Positions 41,032-50,238 of a stretch of 64,000 bases of DNA are shown here, one piece after another. The notes beneath the pieces were generated by a model, which did no database searches, was not told the origin of the DNA, and saw only the letters and a list, made by a program, of their open reading frames with translations. The stretch's first letter is position 1, and each line of letters starts with the position of its first letter. This DNA is from Gammaproteobacteria bacterium (GTDB taxonomy: Bacteria > Pseudomonadota > Gammaproteobacteria > Ga0077536): the NCBI GenBank assembly GCA_963662545.2, contig CAXXLL010000003.1, positions 1,984,001-2,048,000 on the forward strand. Reading direction: 5' to 3'. The translations under genes and the position numbers were made by a program.

Positions 41032-41469
41032 GGCCCCGGCCAGAATCGTGCCCAGCACGCTGCCTCGCTGAACATCATGGCGAAAACGGGATTACGAGAA
41101 CTAATGGGAGCGCGGGTTCTACGGGGCGGGTTTGTAGATCCAAGGGGGTTTGACCGGCGCGTGTCAAGGCCTTGATTTGACTGACCACAGCATTTTGGCC
41201 GAAACCGGTACCACCGATACGGGCATTTGGGCTAAGGGTTGCGCGAAAAGACGGGGTATGTATTGAACGGAAACCGCCGTATGCGGGACATACCTCGGGA
41301 CTGAAATCGGGCCTTTACCCGCGGTCTTGGATGACAGTGCTAGATGGGCTATCTTCTGCGCCGCTAGCAGAGGCTCAACGCCGCAATTGGAGGGGTCCAA
41401 GACAGAGAACTCGCGGACGGGTCAGTTAAATAATTTATACCTATATCCGATTAGAAAGGCAGGGAATAT

Positions 41470-41576
41470 ATGCATATTAGAAAATACGATTTCGACTACA
41501 GCCGGCGCCACTTCATGGAGAAAGTGGCCAAAGGGACGGGCAGTGCCGGCGTTCTGTCAGCCTTATGGCCGCTAAT
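41470..41576 (+). pseudogene. N-terminal fragment of a Tat-exported protein, cut by an IS3 end
   Basis: MHIRKYDFDYSRRHFMEKVAKGTGSAGVLSALWPL has a twin-arginine signal and abuts TGGTTCGGCCCC. Confidence 0.6.
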
Positions 41577-41607
41577 TGGTTCGGCCCCAGAATTTCGGAC
41601 CAGTTGA

Positions 41608-42471
41608 TTAGGTCTTCACTGCCTGCCTTTCAAAGTCTACCGGACTGGAATAGTCCAGGTAGCCATGACGCCGACATCGGTTGTAGAAACGCTCGATGTA
41701 GTCGAACACATCAGCCTTGGCGTCCTCTCGAGAAGCGTAAGTGCGTCGGCGAATGCGCTCGCGCTTGAGTAGCGCGAAAAAGCTTTCGACCGGTGCATTG
41801 TCGTAACAACTACCACGACCACTCATACTGCATTCGATCCCGTAACGCGCCAGTAGCGCTCGGAAGTCATCGCTGGTGTATTGCGGTCCACGGTCGGAAT
41901 GATGGAGCAACGGGGCGCTCGGCTGACGTTGCCCCAGCGCCATCTTCATCGCGTCCACCACCCGGTGTCGGCCGGTCCGCCGGTCCATCGACCAGCCCAC
42001 AATGCGTCGCGAATAGAGGTCCATCACTACCGCCAGGTACAGCCATCCCTGGCGTGTCGAGAGGTAGGTAATATCCGACGCCCAGCGCGCGTTGACCCGG
42101 CTGGCCTTGAAGTCCTGGTTGAGCAAGTTCGCTGCAACCGGGTAGCTCGGCGGGCGCTCAGCAAGCCGGCGAAATCGGCGCTTCGGACAACCTTTGAGTC
42201 CGGCATCGTGTATCAAGCGGGCCACTTTGTGCCGTCCGCAAGGCTCACCGAGCTCGGCCAGTTCGCGTTGCACCTTGCGTGCGCCGTAGACACCGCCACT
42301 CTCCAGGTGCAGGCCTCGGATCAGGGGTAACAGACGCCGGTCCCGGCGCTGTCTCGCACTCTCGCCACGACCGCACCAGTCGTAGTAACCGCTACGCGAG
42401 ACACGCAACAACCCGCACATCATCCTGACCGAGTGCTGGCGCCGCCGCCGGTGGATACAGCCGTATCTCAC
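41608..42471 (-). CDS. IS3 transposase OrfB (DDE integrase core)
   Basis: WASDITY, YLAVVMDLYSR, HHSDRG.QY and DNAPVESFF motifs. Confidence 0.95.
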   Translation of the reverse strand: MRYGCIHRRRRQHSVRMMCGLLRVSRSGYYDWCGRGESARQRRDRRLLPLIRGLHLESGGVYGARKVQRELAELGEPCGRHKVARLIHDAGLKGCPKRRFRRLAERPPSYPVAANLLNQDFKASRVNARWASDITYLSTRQGWLYLAVVMDLYSRRIVGWSMDRRTGRHRVVDAMKMALGQRQPSAPLLHHSDRGPQYTSDDFRALLARYGIECSMSGRGSCYDNAPVESFFALLKRERIRRRTYASREDAKADVFDYIERFYNRCRRHGYLDYSSPVDFERQAVKT

Positions 42472-42690
42472 TTCGACTCCCTGGCAAAGTACCTCGCCGC
42501 TTCTTTTAAAAAATCACGCTCCTCTGTGACCTTGCTCAGTTCGCGCTTGAGTCGCGTCATCTCCTCGTCGCGGCTCTTGCCGTGGCCTGGGAACGCAGCC
42601 TTCTCCCCGTGCTCACTTACCAAATCCTGCCACCGCCGAAGCTGTCGCGTACTGATCCCAAGCTCCTCGCACACCAGAGCACCCGTCACC
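42468..42690 (-). pseudogene. IS3 OrfA, 5'-truncated
   Basis: ELGIS..QLRRW...LKRELSKVTEERDFLKEAARYFA; the N-terminus is replaced by repeats. Confidence 0.85.
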
Positions 42691-42982
42691 CGGAATCGGG
42701 TGCCGGAGTTGACTTAATTGACTAGAACGAGAATCGGATGTCGGAATTGACTTAATTGACTAAGTAAGCGGAATCGAAGCGGAATCGGGTGCCGGAGTTG
42801 ACTTAATTGACTAGAACGAGAATCGGATGTCGGAATTGACTTAATTGACTAAGTGCGCCGGGCCGCTGTCGGGACCGTGAAAACGCGCGGCACCGTGTAA
42901 AACGTGGTTTGCCCCCTAGGATACTAGGATAGGCGGCGCCAATACGGCGGTAAGTTAGTCAAATAAGTCAACTCCGGCACCG
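42691..42982. repeat. REP-like array: four direct units plus one inverted unit
   Basis: Unit G(G/A)TG(C/T)CGGA(G/A)TTGACTTAATTGACTA. A 75-nt block repeats at 42691 and 42780 (period 89), with an inverted unit at ~42955-42982. Confidence 0.85.
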
Positions 42983-43157
42983 TTTATTCCACCGCGGTGC
43001 GGACGTTCGCGGCATAAGCGGTTTTCCTCTGCCGAAGCGTTGAATTAAGGTCACCGCGCCGAGGTGCACGTTCTGCGCCTGCGCGGCAATTGGCGCGTGT
43101 AAGATCAGATTGAAACCGGAGCGCGGATCTGTAAGAACGAGTCCGAGTTTCTACACC

Positions 43158-44070
43158 TTAGCAGTCTTCCCAATACGGGCACCCACTCCATAGTTCAGCC
43201 AGGAAATCGATGAATGCCCGAATTCGCCGCGGTAAATTACGCGTGTTCGGGTAGATTGCGTAGACCGACAGATCGATCCACTTGTAACGAGTCAGCACCG
43301 GTTCCAGCAGACCTGCCTTTACCGCCTCGTAGCAGATGAACTTTGGCTGGAGGATCACCCCGCGGCCCGCTATTGCTGCATCGCGCAGAAAATCGCCGTT
43401 GTTTGCCTGCAGGATCGCCGGCACGCGGACGCTGCCGGAGCGGCCGTTCGCGGTGTGATAGCGCCAGGTGGTCGATGTGCGATTGGAATAGTGCATGCCG
43501 TGATGCGCGGCAAGGTCGTCGGGCGTCTTCGGTTTCCCGTGGCTCTTCCAGTAGTCAGGGCTCGCCGAGACCAGGCCCGTAATGGGCGCCAGGCGCCGGG
43601 CGCCGGGCAATCATGCGCGAGTCACTGAGCGTTGCAATGCGGACCGCGAGGTCGATGCCTTCTTCGATGATGTCGATCTGTCGGTCGTTGAATTCGATGT
43701 CGAATTGAATATCGGGGTGATTCTCGAGGAACGCATTGATGGCCGGACCTAAGTGCTGGGTGCCGAATACCGTCGGCGCGGCCAGGCGGATCCGGCCCGT
43801 CAGCGCGGCTTCGGCTGACGCTACGTTCGCCTCCACCTCGTTCAACTCCGCCAGCAGGCGGGTGCATTCGCCGTAAAAGCGCTGCCCCGCATCGGTCAGC
43901 GTCATGCGTCGCGTGGTGCGGTTGATGAGCTGGACACCGAGGCGAACTTCGAGGTCTGACAAGCGCCGGCTGACGGCCGACTTCGCGACGTGGCTTTGAT
44001 CGGCCGCGCGGGTGATGCTGCCCGCATCGATGACGCGCACGAAATTCCGCATTTCTTCGAATCGGTCCAT
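43158..44070 (-). pseudogene. LysR family regulator frameshifted by a 7-bp tandem duplication
   Basis: HTH (GSITRAA...KSAVSRRLSDLE.RLGVQLINRTTR). GCCGGGC is duplicated at 43595-43608; removing one copy gives MIARRLAPI in frame. Confidence 0.9.
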
Positions 44071-44089
44071 TGTTCTCTATAACAGAACA
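44071..44089. promoter_or_regulatory. Putative LysR binding site
   Basis: TGTTCT-ctataac-AGAACA dyad containing T-N11-A, immediately upstream of the lysR start. Confidence 0.5.
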
Positions 44090-44179
44090 ATAATTTGATT
44101 ATTTGATTATTTATCAATGAATCGTTTTTGTCGATACTTGCCTGCAACTTGAACGGAAACTCTTTCAGAGGAAATGAAA

Positions 44180-44287
44180 ATGGCAAACCGAATCATCAAT
44201 ACACCCGTAATGAACATTGGCTTGAAGGTGCTCGGCCTGGTCGTAGCGATCCAGTTAGTGGTGGCGACCACACCGGGGCTCGTCTGA
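44180..44287 (+). CDS. Small hydrophobic peptide (35 aa), divergent from lysR
   Basis: AGAGG RBS; MANRIINTPVMNIGLKVLGLVVAIQLVVATTPGLV. Confidence 0.4.
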   Translation: MANRIINTPVMNIGLKVLGLVVAIQLVVATTPGLV

Positions 44288-44308
44288 GTAGTCGGCCTCT
44301 TGCCCTAA

Positions 44309-44469
44309 CAGGTTGTTGAAAAACGATGTCCCTATCGTTTTTCAACTCGCAAGACGAAAACGCGGTTTCCGTCTTGCTCCATCAATCAAGCACATAGCGT
44401 GCTCGATTGATGCCGGCACATCCCTGTGCCGGGCACAGGCTGTCGAAAAACGAGTTTTTCAACAGCCTG
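44309..44469. mobile_element. MITE (~161 bp)
   Basis: CAGGTTGTTGAAAAAC ... GTTTTTCAACAGCCTG terminal inverted repeats with (C)TAA flanks and an internal GGCACATCCCTGTGCC hairpin. Confidence 0.75.
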
Positions 44470-45049
44470 CTAAAGGACTGACCCCGTGAGAATGAGGTCA
44501 GTCCTTTCAACGATACTCCGAGCAGTCCGTCCTCGACCCTAAATCACTGCCCCGCCACGATGGGGTCGAGTCTTTCATTGATATAGCGTTAATGATCCGT
44601 ATCAATTTTTGACTCCTTACCTTTTCGCGTCCATCGCGATCGGGTGCTATGTTCGACTCCGGCATCTATTCTTTCAGCGTCGGGCCTGAAATATGCGGCC
44701 CGGTAAATACCGTCGGTCGTACATGCAGCTAGCCCGCCTACCAGCGAATACTACGACCTCACTACCCACAAAGCCGTTTCGTCTTCCCGTATCGCCAAAC
44801 ACCGCGCTATTTGCTCCTGTCCGTCACGTTGTTTCTAAACAACGCGCGGCGTTTACAATACAGTCTGTGAATCATACGAATTTGCTAATACTGCGTAACA
44901 AATCATATAGTTTTTTGAAAAACTCGTGGCTGATATCGTCAGATCTAAATCTGTCGATAAGATGACACGGCCACCACGCCGATAGTATCGATGGACAGGT
45001 AAGCCATCGCTTAGACTAAACACCCGATGATTATTGAAACGGGAGCTTC

Positions 45050-46510
45050 ATGCTAAACAATCCCATCACACTTCCGATGTGGCAAATCACAATACCGGTG
45101 ATTCTGTCGGTATTTTTCATGTTGGAAAAGCTCCTCATTCCCAGTGTGCGATGGATGATCCGGCGCAAGGTGAATCGCGTGCTCACCGAGATCAGCGAGC
45201 ATCTCCAAATCGAGATAAGACCTTTCCAATTGACAAAACGCAAAGTTCTAATCGACCGCCTGATATTTGACTCGAAGGTCATCGAAGGAATGGAGGCGCA
45301 TGTAAAGCTGAACAAGATGCCACGCGAAGTCGCCCAGCAGGAGGTCCTTCAATATGCACGTGAAATCGTCCCGGCCTTTAACGCCTATGTCTATTATCGT
45401 TGGATCTATCGAATGTGTCGGTACGCGTGCCGTCAGCTGTACCGTATCCGTGTCGGGGTTGCCGATGAAAATGAAATTCGATCGATCGATCGAAACGCGA
45501 CAGTTGTATTTGTAATTAACCATCGCAGCAATATCGACTACATGTTGGTCGCGTATCTCGCATCCAAGCAGACAACGCTGTCTTATGCCGCCGGTGAATG
45601 GGCTAAGGTATTTCTACTGCAGTCATTGATACGAGCAATGGGTGCTTTCTTCGTACGGCGCGACTCGCGAAATCCCCTCTATCGGCGCGTTCTTGAGAGA
45701 TACGTTCATATGGCTACGAGAGAAGGCGTCTGCCAAGCGGTGTTTCCAGAAGGCGGTCTTACGAAGACGGGTGCGCTCGCACCACCCAAACTTGGATTTA
45801 TCGATTACATGCTGCGTGGATTTGACGTTGAGAAGGATCGCGACATCGTTTTCGTGCCGGTTGGTATTAACTACGATAAGGTGCTTGAAGATAATATCCA
45901 GATTAACGCTGCGAAAGGTATTCCAATAAGTCGCTCACTTTGGAAATGGGGGAAGGTCATCTTTCGATTTGTCGTGGCGAATTTTTCTATTCCCCAAGCT
46001 CAACGACACGATTTATTCGGCTACGCAAGTGTAAATTTCGGCCGCGTCATTTCGGTGAAAATGTTCGCGCAGGAGCAAGGGATCAACTTCATAAGCTTGG
46101 ACAAGGACACGAGGTTTAGATATACCGCGATCCTAGGTGAAAAGTTGATGAATGGTATCGGCTACGTCACTCCAATTTTGCCGGTGCCGCTTATCGCGCA
46201 AGCGTTCAAGAAAACCGCAGAAAACTCGCTGTCTGAATTGGAAGTCATTTCAAAAGTCCATGATCTAATAGATGCATTGATCAGCTACGGCGCACCGATA
46301 AACAATGCCGAGAAGCCAGCGAAAAAGACCCTCCAAAAGGCGCTCGCTTTAATGACTCACTATTCAATGCTTGAACTCAGAGATGATCGCTACCATGCGG
46401 TTGATACTTCATCGGAACTACTCTCTTACTATGCGAACTCAATCGCTCATTGGTTTGAACAAATCGAGCATATAGATCCGAGACCGCAAAGTATCGGAGA
46501 AGCAGCGTAA
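45050..46510 (+). CDS. Glycerol-3-phosphate acyltransferase-like protein (PlsB/PlsC domain)
   Basis: NHRSNID, GAFFVRR, FPEG and VPVGINYD motifs; lower GC than neighbours. Confidence 0.88.
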   Translation: MLNNPITLPMWQITIPVILSVFFMLEKLLIPSVRWMIRRKVNRVLTEISEHLQIEIRPFQLTKRKVLIDRLIFDSKVIEGMEAHVKLNKMPREVAQQEVLQYAREIVPAFNAYVYYRWIYRMCRYACRQLYRIRVGVADENEIRSIDRNATVVFVINHRSNIDYMLVAYLASKQTTLSYAAGEWAKVFLLQSLIRAMGAFFVRRDSRNPLYRRVLERYVHMATREGVCQAVFPEGGLTKTGALAPPKLGFIDYMLRGFDVEKDRDIVFVPVGINYDKVLEDNIQINAAKGIPISRSLWKWGKVIFRFVVANFSIPQAQRHDLFGYASVNFGRVISVKMFAQEQGINFISLDKDTRFRYTAILGEKLMNGIGYVTPILPVPLIAQAFKKTAENSLSELEVISKVHDLIDALISYGAPINNAEKPAKKTLQKALALMTHYSMLELRDDRYHAVDTSSELLSYYANSIAHWFEQIEHIDPRPQSIGEAA

Positions 46511-46535
46511 TCGTATTACCCGTCGTCATTCTCCC

Positions 46536-46558
46536 TAGAACCTATCTCGAAATTATTC
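46536..46558. mobile_element. Solo IS terminal repeat
   Basis: TAGAACCTATCTCGAAATTATTC matches (21/23) one arm of the palindrome at 56265-56318. Confidence 0.5.
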
Positions 46559-46621
46559 GGGTTCTGATTATACCCGGCGTGAATGTGAGGCTTTAGGGCG
46601 CTTGGTGTTCTGATCAGTTTC

Positions 46622-47518
46622 TCAAGGCGCCAGGCGCGAGCGCAATGTTTCCTTCATCCAGTCCACCAATGTACGCAGCCTGGGCGACATCAAACGCGCG
46701 TCAGGATAGACGAGGTTGACCGGAAGCGCCGGCGTTTCGAATGCTTCGAGCACGAGCTTAAGCCCGCCGTGGTCAAGAAGCGGTTCAACCTGATAGTGAA
46801 GAAACGATCCGAATCCGAGGCCGGCGGCGCAGGCGTCGACGGCCGCCGCTGCCTGATTGCAAACGAAACGGCTCCTCACCGAAACCCCGAAGCGATGGCC
46901 TTTTGCTTCGAAGAACCAATTCGAACCCGCCGTGAGCCCCCGGAATACGACACAAGAGTGCCCTTCGAGTTCGTCCGGATGCTGCGGGACGCCGACTTCC
47001 TCCAGATAATCTGAACTTGCTACGACCACGCGGCGCATTCGACCGACGGGGATCGCGATCATTGACGAATCCCCCAAGGTCCCTATACGAACGCCGAGAT
47101 CGAGGCCCTCCTCGACGAGATTGACCACCCGATCAAGCAACAGTAGCTCCAGACGAACGTGAACGTAGCGGCTCACGAAATCCGCAAGGGCCGGCATCAC
47201 GTGCCGCTGACCGAACAACACGGGCGCGGTCATTCGAATTTCGCCGCGCGGTTCCCCGCCGTCCGCGGCGATGGCCCGCTCGGCTTCGTCAATATCGGCG
47301 AGGATGCGGCGGCAACGGTCGAGATAGACGCGTCCTTCTTCGGTCAAGGTCATGCGTCGCGTGGTGCGGGTGAGTAGGCGGGTTCCGAGTTCCCCTTCGA
47401 GTGTTGCGAGCGTGCGCACGATCGTCGGGGGCGCTCGATCGAGGGAGGTGGCCGCTGCCGTCAGGCTACCGTGCTCGACGATCTCGACGAACACCTTCAT
47501 GGCGGCGAGCTTGTCCAT
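46622..47518 (-). CDS. LysR family transcriptional regulator
   Basis: N-terminal HTH, LLTRTTR.MTLTEEG and DLGVRIG motifs. Confidence 0.95.
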   Translation of the reverse strand: MDKLAAMKVFVEIVEHGSLTAAATSLDRAPPTIVRTLATLEGELGTRLLTRTTRRMTLTEEGRVYLDRCRRILADIDEAERAIAADGGEPRGEIRMTAPVLFGQRHVMPALADFVSRYVHVRLELLLLDRVVNLVEEGLDLGVRIGTLGDSSMIAIPVGRMRRVVVASSDYLEEVGVPQHPDELEGHSCVVFRGLTAGSNWFFEAKGHRFGVSVRSRFVCNQAAAAVDACAAGLGFGSFLHYQVEPLLDHGGLKLVLEAFETPALPVNLVYPDARLMSPRLRTLVDWMKETLRSRLAP

Positions 47519-47665
47519 GATGTCCTATTATTCAGTAAAGCTGATAAAAGATGTTAAATAGATGCTATTTATTCATTTAATTGTCCAGTGTAAGTTCGTT
47601 TTTGAGGTCGTCAGGTGGCTCTCCACGAGCGGTATTACTCTAGATGGACGACCCGGAGGCAAATC

Positions 47666-49363
47666 ATGACTGATGCAAACCAGGGTCGGAACGCAGACAC
47701 CCAAATCGCTAACGACGAATCACCGTTTCACGAAGGCGAGAGACAGGTCCAGCAACGCATGGGGGTTCGCGACGACATCGAGCCGTGGGCCCGCAAGGTC
47801 GTGCGATCGGTCTTATCGGAGCAGCATCGAAATTTTTATGCCGGCTTGCCGTTTCTGGTCGCTGCGGCGCGGGACGCGCGCGGACAGCCGTGGGCGACTT
47901 TACTGGTCGGGGCGCCCGGCTTCGCGCATTCACCGGAGCCCGGTCGTCTCGCCATCGAGGCACAGACCGTCGCCGGTGATGCCTTGAATCACGCACTGGT
48001 CGACGGCACCGAACTCGGCATTCTCGGGATTGAGCTATCGACCCGGCGGCGCAATCGCGTTAACGGGCGCGTACGCCTGAGCGACGGACGACGGTTGGAT
48101 CTCGCCGTCGAGCAGGCGTTCGGCAATTGCCCGCAATACATTCATCCCCGCGAGTGGACCTTCGTCGACGCCCCGCGGCACGCAGCGCCGCACCCGCGTC
48201 GCGCGACCTTGAGTGCGGACAACGTCACCTGGATCGAGGATGCCGACACGATGTTCATCGCATCCGGGCATAGCGGCGAGGGTGAATCCCCATCGTTCGG
48301 CATGGATGCATCCCATCGCGGGGGCGAACCGGGTTTCGTACGCGTCCTCAGCGACACGACCCTCGTATTTCCAGATTACGCGGGCAACAACCACTACAAC
48401 ACCATTGGCAATCTGACGATGGATCCAAGAGTGGGTCTGCTGTTCGTTGATTTTCAAACCGGCGGCATGCTGCAGCTTACCGGTCGCGCGACGATCGAAT
48501 GGGATTCGGCGCGTATCGCAGAATTTCCCGGCGCGCAGCGGTTGGTGGCAATTGCGATCGAAGAAGTAATCGAACTTCCAGCTGCAATACTGCTGCGCTG
48601 GACTGCTGACAGTGGCGCAGTGCGAACGCTGCGGCTAGTCGAGAAAACCGAGGAAAGCGAGGAAATCACTTCTTTTACGTTCGAAGCGCGTGACGGCGGC
48701 GTCCTCGCAGACTTCGAACCGGGGCAGCACCTCCCGATTGAACTTCGGCTGGCCGGAAGAGCGACGCCGGAGCGTCGCACCTATTCTCTGTCGAATGGCC
48801 CGAGTCGCGGGCGCTATCGCATCTCGGTCAAACGCGAATCCCATGGCCTGGTATCGCGCGCGCTGCATGATGGTCTGGAAGTCGGGGATTTTATCGATGC
48901 GCAGCTGCCGGCCGGCGATTTCGTTCTAGAAAATACCGGACGACGCGTCGTGCTCGTCAGCGCCGGGGTCGGTGTCACACCGATGTTGAGCATGTTTCAT
49001 GCGCTTCTTGAAGCCCGCGATCCGCGGCCCGTTTCGTTTTTCCACGCTGCGCGCGACCGCCGGCACCATGTGTTTGCCGACGAGGTACGGTCCTTGGCCA
49101 ATCAGGGTCAGGACGTCTCCGTGCACGTTTCCTTTAGCCGCCCGGGCCCGGATGATCGACAAGGGCTTGATTACGACACGGCAGGCCGCCTGGATGCCGA
49201 GCGCGTGTCGGCAGAACTGCCGAGTCTCGATGCTGAGTATTATCTCTGTGGTCCAGTCGCCTTCATGGCCGCCATGCAGGATGGTCTCGAAGCGCTGGGT
49301 GTAGCCGGCGAGCGCATTCACAGCGAAACATTCGGCCCGGCGACGACCGTCGCGCGGGCATGA
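47666..49363 (+). CDS. Pyridoxamine 5'-phosphate oxidase-like domains fused to an FAD/NAD-binding ferredoxin-reductase domain
   Basis: PFHEGE, RRRNRVNG, GNCPQYI, DASHRGG, DYAGN, then RTYSLS, GVGVTP, CGP and ETFG. Confidence 0.9.
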   Translation: MTDANQGRNADTQIANDESPFHEGERQVQQRMGVRDDIEPWARKVVRSVLSEQHRNFYAGLPFLVAAARDARGQPWATLLVGAPGFAHSPEPGRLAIEAQTVAGDALNHALVDGTELGILGIELSTRRRNRVNGRVRLSDGRRLDLAVEQAFGNCPQYIHPREWTFVDAPRHAAPHPRRATLSADNVTWIEDADTMFIASGHSGEGESPSFGMDASHRGGEPGFVRVLSDTTLVFPDYAGNNHYNTIGNLTMDPRVGLLFVDFQTGGMLQLTGRATIEWDSARIAEFPGAQRLVAIAIEEVIELPAAILLRWTADSGAVRTLRLVEKTEESEEITSFTFEARDGGVLADFEPGQHLPIELRLAGRATPERRTYSLSNGPSRGRYRISVKRESHGLVSRALHDGLEVGDFIDAQLPAGDFVLENTGRRVVLVSAGVGVTPMLSMFHALLEARDPRPVSFFHAARDRRHHVFADEVRSLANQGQDVSVHVSFSRPGPDDRQGLDYDTAGRLDAERVSAELPSLDAEYYLCGPVAFMAAMQDGLEALGVAGERIHSETFGPATTVARA

Positions 49364-49552
49364 TTAGGAAAGGGTGTGGAAATCTTTTGCTCCTAATCTT
49401 AAGACCAAGGCGTAGGATAAGATGCCAGATCTGTTTTTCGAAATACGGGACACTCTTATTCATCAACTGGTCGCCATGGTCTTTGCCGAGTTGCTGAACT
49501 AAGGGTCTGTATCTGAGCTCAATTGAAAAGTGAGGTAGCGACACGCGGCGAT

Positions 49553-50198
49553 ATGAGTGCGAGCACTGACGGCTGGATGGAAAGTTCGGACGTACTGTCG
49601 TTGTTTCCCACGCTCGTCTGGAAGATCTTACTCGCGGCCGAGGTCCGCCAGGATATCGATACCTCGGTCCGCGAAGTGCTCGAGCTTGTGCGCCGCGGAT
49701 CAACTGCGCTAGAGCACGGTGAGGCCTGGCAGTCCGAACGAAATCTGCACGAGTTGCCGGGGCTCGCAGGCCTGGTTGCATGTATCGATCGCGCGAGCCG
49801 CAGCGCGATGCGCTCCCTGAGAATCAACTACGACGCTTTTGAGATCACCGGATGCTGGGCGAATATCAGCGCGCCCGGCGCATCGCACGGCATGCACAGC
49901 CACCCGAACAATTTTCTGAGCGGCGTCTACTATCTGCAAACGCGCGCGGGTGCGGATACCGTCAACTTTCACGATCCAAGATCTCAGTCCGGCATCATCA
50001 GGCCCCCGGGTGACGGAATTGACACGGGAAAACACCGATCAGGTAGTCGTGAGCGTGAACGACGGTACGTTGCTTATCTTTCCATCCTATCTGCAACACT
50101 CCGTCGAACCGAACGGGAGCGAAGAACCCCGGATAAGCGTGAGCTTCAATATTATGTTTTCGGCTTTCGCGGAAAATCTAAGTAAGCCCTTGTGGTAG
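49553..50198 (+). pseudogene. Putative 2OG-Fe(II) oxygenase, +1 frameshift at ~50008
   Basis: LFPT, WAN...HSHPN..LSGVYY and DPR motifs. FPSYLQHSV..N.....RISVSFN lies in a second frame after CCCCCGGG. Confidence 0.85.
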
Positions 50199-50238
50199 CC
50201 GCGAAACGATCGCCGTCGAATCCTTGGATCTGTCGTTG

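Larger units (their letters stand above)
41577..42690 (-). mobile_element. IS3 family insertion sequence, left end missing
   Basis: Right end TGGTTCGGCCCC at 41577, complete orfB, and orfA truncated at a repeat array. Confidence 0.9.

Noticed and set aside
42691-42982. Possible CRISPR array
   Set aside because: The spacers are very short and themselves repeated, one unit is inverted, and no cas genes are present.
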